A stretch of DNA of 64,000 nucleotides from positions 128,001-192,000 of the forward strand of contig CAVRGP010000002.1 of NCBI GenBank assembly GCA_963720755.1, read 5' to 3'. The DNA is from an uncultured Chloroflexia bacterium (GTDB taxonomy: Bacteria; Chloroflexota; Limnocylindria; Limnocylindrales; CSP1-4). The notes beneath the pieces were generated by a model that ran no database searches, was not told the origin of the DNA, and worked only from the letters and a program-made list of their open reading frames with translations. Made by a program: the position numbers and the translations under genes. Shown one piece after another: positions 37,318-47,286 of the stretch. How positions within the stretch are numbered: the stretch's first letter is position 1; each line of letters begins with the position of its first letter.

Positions 37318-38511
37318 TCAGCGAGCGAGGCGGTAGTCGAGGCCGACCGGCACGACACCCTTCGGCCACCGGTTCCCGAATGCCATGACCCGGAACCGGC
37401 CCATCGCACCGGGGTCGAGCAGGCGCACGAGGGCCGACCGAACGTCCAGATAGACCTCGATCGTGGTCGCCGGATCCGCCTGGATCGCCTGCAGTCGACC
37501 CTCGATGCCGAGCCCGACCAGGTACTCGGCCTGGGTCGTGGTCCCGAGATGGGTCAGACCGGCGGCGGTCGCCGCTCGCTCGACGGCGGTGACATCGACA
37601 TGAGCGGTCAGGTCCTGTCGCCCGATATGGACGTACGGGTCGTCGTGCACGCGGTGTCGGAGGTAGGCGCGAAGGGTGCCGTCGTGCCGCCGGACGGGGT
37701 CGTACAGATCGGTCGCCGGGTAGCCGTAGTCGATCAGGACGACGAGCCCTCGATGAAGGCCGCTCGCGAGCCCCGCGATCCACGGTTCGAGCGCCAGGCT
37801 GACCTCAGCCCGCTGGCCATCCACCAGGCGAACCCCGTCAGACGCCAGCCTGGCCGCCAGCTTAGGATCCGACAGGTCGGCTTCGACGTCGACGAACCGG
37901 CCGCCGTCGATCCCGACCATGACCTCGACCAGCCGTCCGCCGCGCATGACCAGCCGATGCGTCGGCAAGGCATCGAGGACCTCGTTGGCGAGTACGACAC
38001 CGTCGATCGACGGGGGCGGATCGGTCCGGTCGATCGTGTCCAGCGTCGACCCGTGCCCGGCTGCCACGAGGCGCGCGGTCAGGTCGGCGATGCGACGGGT
38101 CTCCGCCTCGATCGGCTGGTAGCGGATCGCGGATGCGAGGTCCGGGTGTTCGCGATCGAGGGTGTCGAGGATGGCGACCGCGAGGGCGCCAGTCCCCGCG
38201 CCGTACTCGCGGAGGATGAACGGCGCCGGCCGGCCGAGTCGGTCCCACGCATCGGCGATGGCCCTGCTGATCGTCGCCCCGAAGATCGGGTGGGATTCAG
38301 GTGCCGTCAGGAAGTCGCCGCCGCGGCCAGGTCGCGTCGCTTCCGACCGGTAGTACCCGCCGTCCGGGTCATACAACGCCATGTCCATGAACCGGGCGAA
38401 CGTGATCGGTCCGTCCCGCTCGATCGACGCGCGGATCCGGCCGACAAGCTCGTCGTCCTGGCCGACCGCATCGAGGTCCGGGTGTGGGTCGCGCCGAAGC
38501 CCGGGAGTCAC
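37318..38511 (-). CDS. MidA/NDUFAF7-family SAM-dependent methyltransferase
   Basis: GPITFARFMDMALY..GYY, GDFLTAPE, EYGAGTG, ANEVLDALP, IDYG, GRQDLTAHVD, TQAEYL, PGAMGRF. GTG 38511 (or 38517). Confidence 0.9.
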   Translation of the reverse strand: MTPGLRRDPHPDLDAVGQDDELVGRIRASIERDGPITFARFMDMALYDPDGGYYRSEATRPGRGGDFLTAPESHPIFGATISRAIADAWDRLGRPAPFILREYGAGTGALAVAILDTLDREHPDLASAIRYQPIEAETRRIADLTARLVAAGHGSTLDTIDRTDPPPSIDGVVLANEVLDALPTHRLVMRGGRLVEVMVGIDGGRFVDVEADLSDPKLAARLASDGVRLVDGQRAEVSLALEPWIAGLASGLHRGLVVLIDYGYPATDLYDPVRRHDGTLRAYLRHRVHDDPYVHIGRQDLTAHVDVTAVERAATAAGLTHLGTTTQAEYLVGLGIEGRLQAIQADPATTIEVYLDVRSALVRLLDPGAMGRFRVMAFGNRWPKGVVPVGLDYRLAR

Positions 38512-39593
38512 GTCCACGGGGCACCGCGCAGGACGAGCCGGATCCCCGGCCCGACGAGGGTGTGGCCACCGAGCAGGATCGGGATCGGTGCGGCCGCCGC
38601 GGACGCCGTGAGCGCACGCAACCACGGGTCCGCGACCCGGTCGGGCAGCAGGAGATCCGATGCATACCGGTCCTCGGCGGCCGGCCAGGCACGTTCGTTC
38701 GCCCCGAGGCGGTGGGCGAGCAGGACCCGGCTGTCGAGGATGGCACCATCGGCGAGTCGGGCGATGTGATCGCCGAGCGACCCCGGCCCGTCGCGGTCCA
38801 GGAGTGTCCCGAGGATCGACGCCGGTGGTCGCTGGATGGCCCCGTCGGACGCCTGTGCAAGGCGGCTGGCCGCCCGGAAGCCCCGCTCCTCCACGAAGGC
38901 ACGAGTCCGCGACGCCGTGGACAATTCGAGCCAGGCAAGCGTGCGCGCCGAGGTGCGTCCAGCCACGAGCAGCTCCGCATGCGCGTCTGCCGCCACCCGG
39001 CGAACCGCGTCCATGGCGACCGAGACACGACCGACGTCGACCCCGGCCGCCGCCGCCGCTTCCCTGCCCCGACGTCGATCGACCAGGAGGAGATCGAGCG
39101 GGCCGTCGATGTCGACCGACAGGCGCCATCGTCCGCGCAGGTCATCCACCCGGTAGCCAGCATGCGCCTCGAGCCATCGCGGCAAGGCGTTGTCGGATGG
39201 CAGATCGGGCAGCGTGGCGAGGTTCGGCCACGCGCCGGCCACGGCGACGGCATCGGCCGAATATCGATTGTTGGCCAGCGCTCGACGGTCATCAGACCCG
39301 GCAGCGGTCGCGAAGTCCCGGGCATCGCGACCCGTCGCGAGCGGGATCGAACCGGAGCCAAGGATGACGATCCCGTCCGGATGCTCCTGTTCCACGAGGC
39401 CGCGGAGACGCGCTCCGAACGATACGGTGTCGGGCGGTCCCGCCACGACGGTGACGTCGTCCGCCCCGGCCGCGACGAAGCGATCGTGGAGCCGGCGCGC
39501 GTTGGCGGCTCGCCCGCCGGCGAGCCATGTCGTGAGCGGGCCGGCACCGGGCTCCGGTTCGGGGTGCATGATGCGGACCGTGACCCTGCGCAT
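38508..39593 (-). CDS. Conserved hypothetical protein with CofC/DUF2064-like nucleotidyltransferase fold
   Basis: GSGSIPL, NNRYSAD, SVDIDGPLDL (DxDxxxDL motif), GGHTLVG. Confidence 0.5.
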   Translation of the reverse strand: MRRVTVRIMHPEPEPGAGPLTTWLAGGRAANARRLHDRFVAAGADDVTVVAGPPDTVSFGARLRGLVEQEHPDGIVILGSGSIPLATGRDARDFATAAGSDDRRALANNRYSADAVAVAGAWPNLATLPDLPSDNALPRWLEAHAGYRVDDLRGRWRLSVDIDGPLDLLLVDRRRGREAAAAAGVDVGRVSVAMDAVRRVAADAHAELLVAGRTSARTLAWLELSTASRTRAFVEERGFRAASRLAQASDGAIQRPPASILGTLLDRDGPGSLGDHIARLADGAILDSRVLLAHRLGANERAWPAAEDRYASDLLLPDRVADPWLRALTASAAAAPIPILLGGHTLVGPGIRLVLRGAPWT

Positions 39594-39625
39594 GGCCGGA
39601 GTCTATGCTCCCCGACGAGGTACCC

Positions 39626-40309
39626 ATGAGCGACCGACGCGTCCGCGCCTACATCGGTCTGGGAGCGAACCTGGGTGATGCGGAAGCCACGCTGGGCCAT
39701 GCGGTCGACGCTGTGGCCGCCATCCCTGGGGTGACGCTTCGGGCCGTCTCCCGGCTGTATGCCACCGCCCCGGTCGGCGTCCTCGACCAGCCCGAGTTCC
39801 GCAACGCGGTCGTGGCCGTCGACGTCCCGGCCGGATCCGATCCCGAGCACGGTGCGCTCGATTTACTGGGCCGATTGAAGGAGATCGAGCGGGCGTTCGG
39901 TCGCCGTCGTCGCCGTCGGTGGGGTCCGCGCGAACTCGACCTCGACCTGCTCGTCTTCGGACGTGCCCGGATCGCCGTCGAGCGCCGTGCGGACAGTCGC
40001 TCCATCGACGCCGATGTCGACCCGGACAAGGCGTCGCGGCCGCTCGTCGTCCCCCACCCGGAAGCGTCCGTTCGAACGTTTGTGCTGGCACCCCTGGCCG
40101 ATCTTTCGCCGGGTCTTGTCCCGCCTGGCTGGGGTCAGACCGTGGCGACAGCCCTGCGCCGGCAGACGACGTTGGACGCGCCCGATGCGATCCAGATCGT
40201 CGGGCGGTGGGATCCTGCCGACCGCCGGTGGCGGGCGGATCAGCCCAGGGAGCGGGTTGGCAGGGCGGTCTCGATCGCGGTGCCGTCCGGAGCGCGTTCG
40301 ACCCGGTAG
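39626..40309 (+). CDS. folK: 2-amino-4-hydroxy-6-hydroxymethyldihydropteridine diphosphokinase
   Basis: AYIGLGANLGD, QPEFRNAV, WGPRELDLDLL, VPHP, RTFVLAPL. Confidence 0.93.
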   Translation: MSDRRVRAYIGLGANLGDAEATLGHAVDAVAAIPGVTLRAVSRLYATAPVGVLDQPEFRNAVVAVDVPAGSDPEHGALDLLGRLKEIERAFGRRRRRRWGPRELDLDLLVFGRARIAVERRADSRSIDADVDPDKASRPLVVPHPEASVRTFVLAPLADLSPGLVPPGWGQTVATALRRQTTLDAPDAIQIVGRWDPADRRWRADQPRERVGRAVSIAVPSGARSTR

Positions 40310-40956
40310 GCCCGGGCACCGGGTCGGGATGAAACGACCTCGACGAGCCGTTCATCGCGGAACACGAGGGCGGCCCCGTCGTCGGCCGCGAACCCGGCCG
40401 GCATCGACCCTTCGGCGACGAGCCGCTGGTAGGTCGGGCGTCGACCCGGTTCCGCATCGTAGTGTGGCGAGTGGCTCCCCGGCAGGAACCCGAGACCCCG
40501 CGACAGGGCCGCCAGGCCGTTCCCGAACGAATCGGTGGTCCCGGTCTCGAACCAGCACAGCGATCCCGCCGACAAGCCGGTCATGACGACGCCCTGCTCC
40601 CAGGCGCCACGGAGCGCGCGATCCACGCCATGGACGCGCCAGACCGCGAGCATGTTCTCCGTGTTGCCGCCCCCGACGTAGACGACGTCCTGCTCGAGCA
40701 GGAACGCACCGATGTCCTCGACCGTGCGGTCGAACAGCGCCAGATGCGATGTCTCAGCCCGGTTGGCGAAGGCGGCGTGGAACCCTTCGATGTAGTTATT
40801 CGCGTCGCCGCTGGCGGTGGCCAGGAAGCAGACTCGAGGTCTGGTCCGGCCACGGGCTGCACGCGCGATGTCGAGGGTGTGATCGTCGAGACGGGGATCG
40901 TCCGGCGTATCGGAAAAGCCGCCGCCGCCCATGGCGACGACGATCCGCTCCGTCAT
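40240..40956 (-). CDS. Peptidase E (S51 family)
   Basis: MGGGGF, ATASGD, YVGGGNT, GLSAG nucleophile elbow, SPHY. Confidence 0.88.
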   Translation of the reverse strand: MTERIVVAMGGGGFSDTPDDPRLDDHTLDIARAARGRTRPRVCFLATASGDANNYIEGFHAAFANRAETSHLALFDRTVEDIGAFLLEQDVVYVGGGNTENMLAVWRVHGVDRALRGAWEQGVVMTGLSAGSLCWFETGTTDSFGNGLAALSRGLGFLPGSHSPHYDAEPGRRPTYQRLVAEGSMPAGFAADDGAALVFRDERLVEVVSSRPGARAYRVERAPDGTAIETALPTRSLG

Positions 40957-41963
40957 TGCGACGCGACCCGGAACCCGATGTGCTTGTCGCCGTAGGTGGG
41001 CGGATCCTCGTAGTGGCGATAGGCGGATCGGGCGACGAATTCGTTGCTGCCCCACCAGCCGCCCTTCTCGACCTTCCGGGTCCCCGTCGCCGGGCCCGTC
41101 GGGTCCTGGCTCGGACTCACCGCGTAGTAGCCCGTGTCGAGCCAGTCCGAGACCCACTCCATCGCGTTCCCTGCCATGTCCAGCGCGCCGACCCAGCTGG
41201 CGCCGGCCGGATAGCTGCCAACCGCTTTGGGCCCGACACTGTTGACGACGTTGGCCCGGTCGATATCCCAGTCGTCTCCCCACGGATAGACCCGTGACTC
41301 GGGTCCGCGGGCCGCGTACTCCCACTCGGCCTCGGTCGGCAGCCGGCCGGCCCGCCAGGTGGCGTAGGCCTCGGCCTCGAACCAGGTGATGCACAAGCGC
41401 GGCTGATCTGCGACATCACCCTGGCAGTGCAGCGGGAGTCGGGCCGGGTCCTGGCTCGCGAGCCAGGCCTGGCCGGCGGGCGACCAGACCGTCGGGTCCA
41501 GGTAGCCGCCCGCGTCGACGAACGCCGCGAAGGACGCCACGGTGACCTCGGTCGCATCGATCCAGTACCCGCGGGTGAGCGTGACGTCGTGGGCCGGCTG
41601 TTCACTGGGGAACTCCGCGATGACCCAGTCTGGAGGGTCCTGGCTCGTCAAGTCCGCGATCGACCGGGCATCCGTGCCCATCACGAACGACCCGGCCGGG
41701 ACCCAGACCTGGTCGATGCCCCACGGGTCGGTGCGGGTCTCGCCCGCGGTCTGGCCGTCGGACGGACGGGCGGTCGGCGGTGCAGGGCTGTGCGGACTCG
41801 CCGATGCGACCGTCGACGCAGCGGCCGTTGCCGCGGCGTCCGTGGCCGGTGCCGATCCCGTCGCCGCACTTCCACCACAGCCGAACGAGATCGTCCCGAT
41901 CGCTGCGGCGGCGGCGATCGCCCTGACCCATCCCGAACCCGGCCGACCCCGGTGACCCATCAT
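40953..41963 (-). CDS. FGE-sulfatase (SUMF1/EgtB/PvdO-like) domain lipoprotein
   Basis: Lipobox ISFGC, S/T/A linker, GSFVMG, EVT, RLPTEAEWEYAARG, DMAGNAMEW, GFRV. Lacks the FGE catalytic Cys pair. Confidence 0.85.
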   Translation of the reverse strand: MMGHRGRPGSGWVRAIAAAAAIGTISFGCGGSAATGSAPATDAAATAAASTVASASPHSPAPPTARPSDGQTAGETRTDPWGIDQVWVPAGSFVMGTDARSIADLTSQDPPDWVIAEFPSEQPAHDVTLTRGYWIDATEVTVASFAAFVDAGGYLDPTVWSPAGQAWLASQDPARLPLHCQGDVADQPRLCITWFEAEAYATWRAGRLPTEAEWEYAARGPESRVYPWGDDWDIDRANVVNSVGPKAVGSYPAGASWVGALDMAGNAMEWVSDWLDTGYYAVSPSQDPTGPATGTRKVEKGGWWGSNEFVARSAYRHYEDPPTYGDKHIGFRVASQ

Positions 41964-41979
41964 CGGACGTCGTCGCCGA

Positions 41980-42981
41980 TCAAGCGTACCGAGCCCGCAG
42001 CCTCGGCAGGATGCGCTCGCCATAGCGGGCGATGGCGGCTTCCTGATCCTCACCCGGGAAGTGGAAGACGAGGTGATCGAACCCGTACTCGACGTAGGTC
42101 GCGATCTGCTCGATGTGATCATCGATGTCAGCCGAGACGAGCCAACGCCGGTGGGCGATGTTCTCCACGCCCCTGGCCAGCCGTTCCATCTCGCGTGGGT
42201 CCTCGACCCCCATCTTCTGTTCGCCCGACAAGGCCAGGGCCGACCAGACCTTGGTGTCCTCCATGGCTCGCTCGAGGTCGTCGTCGAAGCTGACCTTCAT
42301 CTCGATCATCCGGACGAATGGATCCGGGTCGCGTCCCGCCTTGGCCGCGCCTTCGAGGACGGCCGGCAGGAGCGTCTCGGTGTACAGCTCCGTGCCTTTC
42401 CCGGACGTACAGATGAGGCCGTCAGCCAGGCGACCCGCGAGCCGCGCCGCCGCCGGGCCGGAGGCCGCGATGTAGATCGGGACCGGGTCGGCAGGCCGAT
42501 CGTAGATCGTCGCCGCGCGGGTCCGGTGGTAGTCACCCTCGAACGTGACGAACTCCTCGCGGAACAGCCGCTGGATGAGTTGCACCGACTCGCGCAGCCG
42601 GGCGAACCGCTCGCTCTGCTCCGGCCAGTCGATGCCGACCGGGCTCTCGTTCATCGATTCGCCGGTGCCGACGCCGAGGATGACCCGGTCCGGGGCCAGG
42701 AGGGCGAGCGTCGCAAATGCCTGGGCGACGACCGCCGGGTTGTACCGGAACGATGGCGTCAGGACGCTCGTGCCGAGGGTCACCCGGTGGGTTGCCTGGG
42801 CGGCCGCTCCCAGCCAGACCAGGGCGTTGGGGGCGTGGCCGCCGGTGTGTCGCCAGGGCTGGAAGTGATCGCTCGTCCAGACCGAATCGAACCCTGCTTC
42901 TTCGGCCGCGACCGCAAGGTCCAGCAACCGCCGCGGTCCGAACTGCTCGGCGGATGCCTTGTAGCCGAGGGTCAGCGGCAT
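41980..42981 (-). CDS. fgd: F420-dependent glucose-6-phosphate dehydrogenase
   Basis: GYKASAEQFGP, SDHFQPWRH.GGHAP, GTSVLTP, GTGESMNE, ICTSGKG. Confidence 0.92.
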   Translation of the reverse strand: MPLTLGYKASAEQFGPRRLLDLAVAAEEAGFDSVWTSDHFQPWRHTGGHAPNALVWLGAAAQATHRVTLGTSVLTPSFRYNPAVVAQAFATLALLAPDRVILGVGTGESMNESPVGIDWPEQSERFARLRESVQLIQRLFREEFVTFEGDYHRTRAATIYDRPADPVPIYIAASGPAAARLAGRLADGLICTSGKGTELYTETLLPAVLEGAAKAGRDPDPFVRMIEMKVSFDDDLERAMEDTKVWSALALSGEQKMGVEDPREMERLARGVENIAHRRWLVSADIDDHIEQIATYVEYGFDHLVFHFPGEDQEAAIARYGERILPRLRARYA

Positions 42982-42984
42982 CGG

Positions 42985-43968
42985 CTACAACCGGACCCGT
43001 GGCGGGCTGTCGCGGTCGAACATGTGGACCGTATCCACGAACCGGACCTGCTTGGCCTGGTAGGCCATCACCAGCGAATGCGTTCGCGCTCCACCGCCGA
43101 AGAAGCGGACGCCCTGGAGGAGGTCCCCTGCGGTGACACCGGTCGCCGCGAAGACGAGGTTGTCGCCCGGCGCCAGGTCCTCTGTTCGATAGACCCGTGA
43201 CTCGTCCCCGTGGCCCATCCGCGCCCCACGCTCACGTTCCTCGTCGGACCGATACCGGAATCGAGCCTGGATCTCACCGCCCAGACAGCGGAGCGCTGCA
43301 GCGGTGATGACGCCTTCCGGGGCCCCGCCGAGCCCCATCACGGCGTGGACGCCGGTGCCCGACACGGCGCAGGAGATGGCGGCGGACAGATCGCCGTCGC
43401 CGATCAGCTTGATCCGTGCGCCAGCCTCGCGGACCTCCGCGATCAGGTCGTCGTGGCGGCGCCGTTCGAGGATGACGACGGTGATGTCGGTCACCCGTCG
43501 CTTGAGGGCCTCCGCGATCCTGCCCAGGTTCTCGGATGGCGATTCGCGGATGTCGACCTTGCCGGCGACCACCGGCCCGACACACAGCTTCTCTAGGTAC
43601 GTATCCGGGGCGTGGGTGAGGCCGCCCGCCTCCGACGCTGCCAGGACGGTGATCGCTCCAGCCTGCCCGTGGGCAACAAGGTTCGTGCCCTCCAGCGGAT
43701 CGACGGCGATATCGACCCGCGGCACGTCATCCCGGTCGGCACCGGATCGGCCGACGCGTTCGCCGATATAGAGCATCGGGGCCTGGTCGCGCTCACCCTC
43801 GCCGATGACGATCCGGCCGGCGAAGTCGATCTCGTCCATGGTCTTGCGCATCGCCTCGGTGGCGGCGGCATCGGCGGCATCCTTCTCGCCCTGGCCCATG
43901 TATCGGGCGGACTCGATGGCGGCGGCCTCCGTGACCCGGATCATCTCGAGGGCGAGGAGCTGTTCCAT
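42985..43968 (-). CDS. glpX: Fructose-1,6-bisphosphatase class II
   Basis: VTEAAA, IGEGERD.APML, VDPLEGT, DGD, GGAPEGV, ATGVT. Confidence 0.95.
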   Translation of the reverse strand: MEQLLALEMIRVTEAAAIESARYMGQGEKDAADAAATEAMRKTMDEIDFAGRIVIGEGERDQAPMLYIGERVGRSGADRDDVPRVDIAVDPLEGTNLVAHGQAGAITVLAASEAGGLTHAPDTYLEKLCVGPVVAGKVDIRESPSENLGRIAEALKRRVTDITVVILERRRHDDLIAEVREAGARIKLIGDGDLSAAISCAVSGTGVHAVMGLGGAPEGVITAAALRCLGGEIQARFRYRSDEERERGARMGHGDESRVYRTEDLAPGDNLVFAATGVTAGDLLQGVRFFGGGARTHSLVMAYQAKQVRFVDTVHMFDRDSPPRVRL

Positions 43969-43982
43969 GGGCAGGGCCTCCG

Positions 43983-45530
43983 TCAGTGTCTGAAGTGGCG
44001 CCGACCGGTGAAGACCATCGCCATGTGGTGGCGGTCGGCCACTTCGATCGCCATCTCGTCCCGGATGGACCCGCCGGGCTGGATGATGGCGGTCACGCCG
44101 GCTCCGGCCGCCGCCTGGATGCCGTCCGGGAACGGGAAATAGGCATCCGAAGCGAGGACCGCGAGCCTGGCTCGATCGCCGGCTCGGCGGACGGCGATCT
44201 CCACCGAGACCTGGCGGCTGGCCTGGCCGGCCCCGATCCCGACGGTCGCCCCGTTGCGGGCGAGCACGACGGCGTTGGATCGGACGTGGCGGACCGCCCG
44301 CCAACCGAACAGCAGATCGGTCAGCTCCTCGAGCGTCGGCCGCCGCTGGGTGACGACCTGGAGCCGGCCGCGATCGAGTCCGAGGTCGTCCACGCTCTCC
44401 ACCAGCAGGCCACCGGCGACCCGCTTGAAATCGAGACTGGCGATCCCGTAGTCACGCATCCCGTCGGTCGGGTCGGGCGGGATGGCCAGCAGCTCCAGGC
44501 CCGGCTTGCCGCGCAGGATGCCGATCGCGGCCTGGCTGAACCCGGGCGCGACGACCGCCTCGTAGGAGTTGGCCGCGATCTCCCGTGCGGTCGATCCATC
44601 GAGCTCGCGGTTGACGCCGACGATCCCGCCGAACGCCGCGACCGGGTCGGTCTCGAGCGCATGCCGATAGGCCTCGACGAGCTCGTCGTCCGAGGCGAGA
44701 CCGACCGGGTCGGTGTGCTTGACGATCGCGACCGTCGGGGCGGTGTAGTCGCGGGCGATCCGATAGGCCGCATCCAGGTCGAGCAGGTTGTTGAACGACG
44801 GCATCTCGCCCTGTAGCCGGGTCGCGTCGGCCAGGGTTCCGCTCCGGTGGGTCGTCTCCCGGTAGAACGCCGCCCGCTGATGCGGGTTCTCGCCATAGCC
44901 CAGGTCGTCGACCTTCTGCAGAACGATCGCGAGCTGGCGTGGGAAGGTGTTGCCCGAGATCTGGTTGAGGTAGGCGGCGATCTCGGCGTGATACGCGGCG
45001 ACCGTACTGAACGCCTCTGCCGCCAGCCGAGCGCGGGTTTCCGGGCTGACCAGCCCCAGTTCGCGCAGTTCGCTGATCACCTGCGGGTAGTACGCCGGGT
45101 CGGCGACGGAGGCGACCCCGGCCGCATTCCGTGCGGCGGCCCCGAGCAGGGCGGCCCCGGCGATGTCGATCATCTCGATCGCCTCGTCCAGCCCGATGAG
45201 CTTGGCCCCGATGGCGGGCGCGAACGGCTTCACATTGACGACGACCACGTCGATCAGGCCGATGCCCTGGGCCCTGAGTTCCTCGAGTTGGCTCGGGACG
45301 TCACGCCTGGCCAGGATGCCCGCGTAGACCGCATGGTGGAACGTCTTGACCTGGCCGCCGACGTCTGGTTCGCCCTGCGTCAGCGACGACACCGGCTCGA
45401 CCTTGACCCCTTCACCGGCCAGGAATTCACGAGTCCCGTCCGTGGCCACGACGTCCATGCCGAGATCCAGCAGCTCGCGGGCCAACTCGGCGATCCCATC
45501 TCGGTTCGCCACTGACAGCAGGGCTCGCAC
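43983..45530 (-). CDS. purH: Bifunctional AICAR transformylase/IMP cyclohydrolase
   Basis: [56 protein letters not shown] 45530 follows GGAGG. Confidence 0.93.
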   Translation of the reverse strand: MRALLSVANRDGIAELARELLDLGMDVVATDGTREFLAGEGVKVEPVSSLTQGEPDVGGQVKTFHHAVYAGILARRDVPSQLEELRAQGIGLIDVVVVNVKPFAPAIGAKLIGLDEAIEMIDIAGAALLGAAARNAAGVASVADPAYYPQVISELRELGLVSPETRARLAAEAFSTVAAYHAEIAAYLNQISGNTFPRQLAIVLQKVDDLGYGENPHQRAAFYRETTHRSGTLADATRLQGEMPSFNNLLDLDAAYRIARDYTAPTVAIVKHTDPVGLASDDELVEAYRHALETDPVAAFGGIVGVNRELDGSTAREIAANSYEAVVAPGFSQAAIGILRGKPGLELLAIPPDPTDGMRDYGIASLDFKRVAGGLLVESVDDLGLDRGRLQVVTQRRPTLEELTDLLFGWRAVRHVRSNAVVLARNGATVGIGAGQASRQVSVEIAVRRAGDRARLAVLASDAYFPFPDGIQAAAGAGVTAIIQPGGSIRDEMAIEVADRHHMAMVFTGRRHFRH

Positions 45531-45688
45531 CCGGGCCTCCTCCCGATCCCCTGGCTGGCGACGCGTCAGCGGGGCCGATCGGTGGCTCCCCCGGACGGAC
45601 GCGACAGCGCCGCATCGTTGCGGTCGAGTATACCGCCCGACATGGCATACTCCCTTGGCCCATCCAACATGCGACATGAGGTCAGCGC

Positions 45689-46132
45689 GTGACCCTTGCC
45701 CCCTGGGAATACCTCTTCGAGGCGTTCAACAGCACGAACTTTCCGGACCTGTTCCACCCGATCTGGATCGCTTCGCTGGTGCTGTTGGTCATCCTGACCG
45801 TCCTCTACAACCTGCGGACGCGTGCGCTGCATCGCCACCCGCCGTACCTCGAGATGTGGGAGTGGCTGTGGTGGACCGGCTTGATCACGTTCAGCCTGAT
45901 CCTCATCGAGTCACTCTTTGTGTTCGACTTCTTCCTGGTGCTGACGACGCTCATCGTCGGTCTGGGCACCCTCGTCTGGATCCGGTTCATCCGGTTCCCG
46001 CCGTATTTCGTGGCCTACGAGGCGAAATTGGCGCGCGAGCGATACAACACCCAGCGCCGGTATGCGGATCCGGACGCAACCATCAAGAAGCGCGGCGGGC
46101 GGCCCCAGCGGCAACGGCGCCGCCGTCACTGA
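45689..46132 (+). CDS. Hypothetical membrane protein (3 TM, basic C-terminal tail)
   Basis: Hydrophobic helices and GC3-biased codons. GAGG upstream. Confidence 0.7.
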   Translation: MTLAPWEYLFEAFNSTNFPDLFHPIWIASLVLLVILTVLYNLRTRALHRHPPYLEMWEWLWWTGLITFSLILIESLFVFDFFLVLTTLIVGLGTLVWIRFIRFPPYFVAYEAKLARERYNTQRRYADPDATIKKRGGRPQRQRRRRH

Positions 46133-46142
46133 CGGCGCGGTC

Positions 46143-46610
46143 ATGTCGATCGAGATCCGACAATTCGGGGTCGGCCACCGGCGTGCGACAGGCCCGATCG
46201 GTTCAGTCGGCCTGACCGGGCAGACGGTCCACGCGGATGGTCGTGGTTCGGTGGCGGAAGTCGTCCTGTCGCGCAATGCCCGGATCGAACCCCACGCGAA
46301 CCCGAACACGACCTACTTCATCGTCATCGAGGGCGGCGGCTGGGTCGGGGTCGGCGACGAATGGACCCGGATCGCCGCCGGCGAGGCCGCGGTCTGGCCG
46401 GCGGACATCCCGCATGCCGCCTGGACCGAGCACTCGGAGATGCGCGCGATCGTCGTTGAATTCGCGGGGCCAGACGATTCCGACTCGGTCATCGGCCGGG
46501 CGCGCGTGGCCGGGAACGACGGGGAGGCCGTCGGCCGGGGTGCCGGCCGCCTGACGGCCCGGACGGGTCCGCCGCCAACCCACGATCCGTCCGAGGGTGA
46601 GCCTGCCTAG
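46143..46610 (+). CDS. Cupin domain protein
   Basis: EPHANP..YFIVIEGGG...GEAAVWPADIPHAA. Confidence 0.75.
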   Translation: MSIEIRQFGVGHRRATGPIGSVGLTGQTVHADGRGSVAEVVLSRNARIEPHANPNTTYFIVIEGGGWVGVGDEWTRIAAGEAAVWPADIPHAAWTEHSEMRAIVVEFAGPDDSDSVIGRARVAGNDGEAVGRGAGRLTARTGPPPTHDPSEGEPA

Positions 46611-47245
46611 GGGCGGAGCAGGCCGCCGACCTGGCTGAGGATGCGCGCCGTCGCGCCCCAGACCGACAGCCCATCGATGTCGTACGCCCCGTAGCGAACG
46701 GGCCAACCCTCGATCTCGCGTTCGACGATGGTGATCGGGGCGTCCGGCAGGAAACGCACGATCGGTGGCTCCACGATCCGAGCCACTTCGGCAGGCGACG
46801 CGATCAGCAGCGGGCGCCGCTCGGCGACGGCCAGGATCGGGGTCACCGCGAAACCGCTCACGGGGATCGTGAACTGCTGGAGTAGGCCGATCACGCGGAC
46901 GGCCGCCTGGACACCGTCGAGACCCACCTCTTCGGCGGCTTCGCGCATGGCCGTCGCGGTGAGGTCGGCATCGTCCGGTTCGGCCTTGCCACCCGGGAAA
47001 CTGACTTCGCCGCTGTGATGGCCATCCCGGCTGGCGCGCTCGGTCAGGACGACCCGGGTCGCGCCGGCATCGTCGGGGAACAGGAGTACCAGGACGGCCG
47101 CCGATCGAGGCGGTCGATCGGATCGGAGGCGACGCCAGGCCGGTGGCTCGGCGGCGCCCACCACGATCGGCATCAGGACATCTGCGGGCACCGGCCATCG
47201 ATCCGGGAGCACCCGAAGTCGATCGAGCGCGTCATCGAAGCGCAT
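46607..47245 (-). CDS. CoA pyrophosphatase (Nudix, NudL/PCD1-like)
   Basis: AAVLVLL, LTER..HSGEVSFPGG, AMREAAEEVGL, VWGATA. Confidence 0.9.
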   Translation of the reverse strand: MRFDDALDRLRVLPDRWPVPADVLMPIVVGAAEPPAWRRLRSDRPPRSAAVLVLLFPDDAGATRVVLTERASRDGHHSGEVSFPGGKAEPDDADLTATAMREAAEEVGLDGVQAAVRVIGLLQQFTIPVSGFAVTPILAVAERRPLLIASPAEVARIVEPPIVRFLPDAPITIVEREIEGWPVRYGAYDIDGLSVWGATARILSQVGGLLRP

Positions 47246-47286
47246 GGTTCGATCGAGGATACGTCGACGTCGAGTCGGGGGCCCCG

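Noticed and set aside
40953-41963. Active formylglycine-generating enzyme or DGR target
   Set aside because: The catalytic Cys pair is absent, and there is no reverse transcriptase or template repeat in the window.
45531-45688. ZMP/ZTP (pfl) riboswitch upstream of purH
   Set aside because: The leader is GC-rich and could fold, but I could not find the conserved GACTGGCG...GTGG/CCAC...CGCCTGGGC elements. An Rfam scan would settle it.
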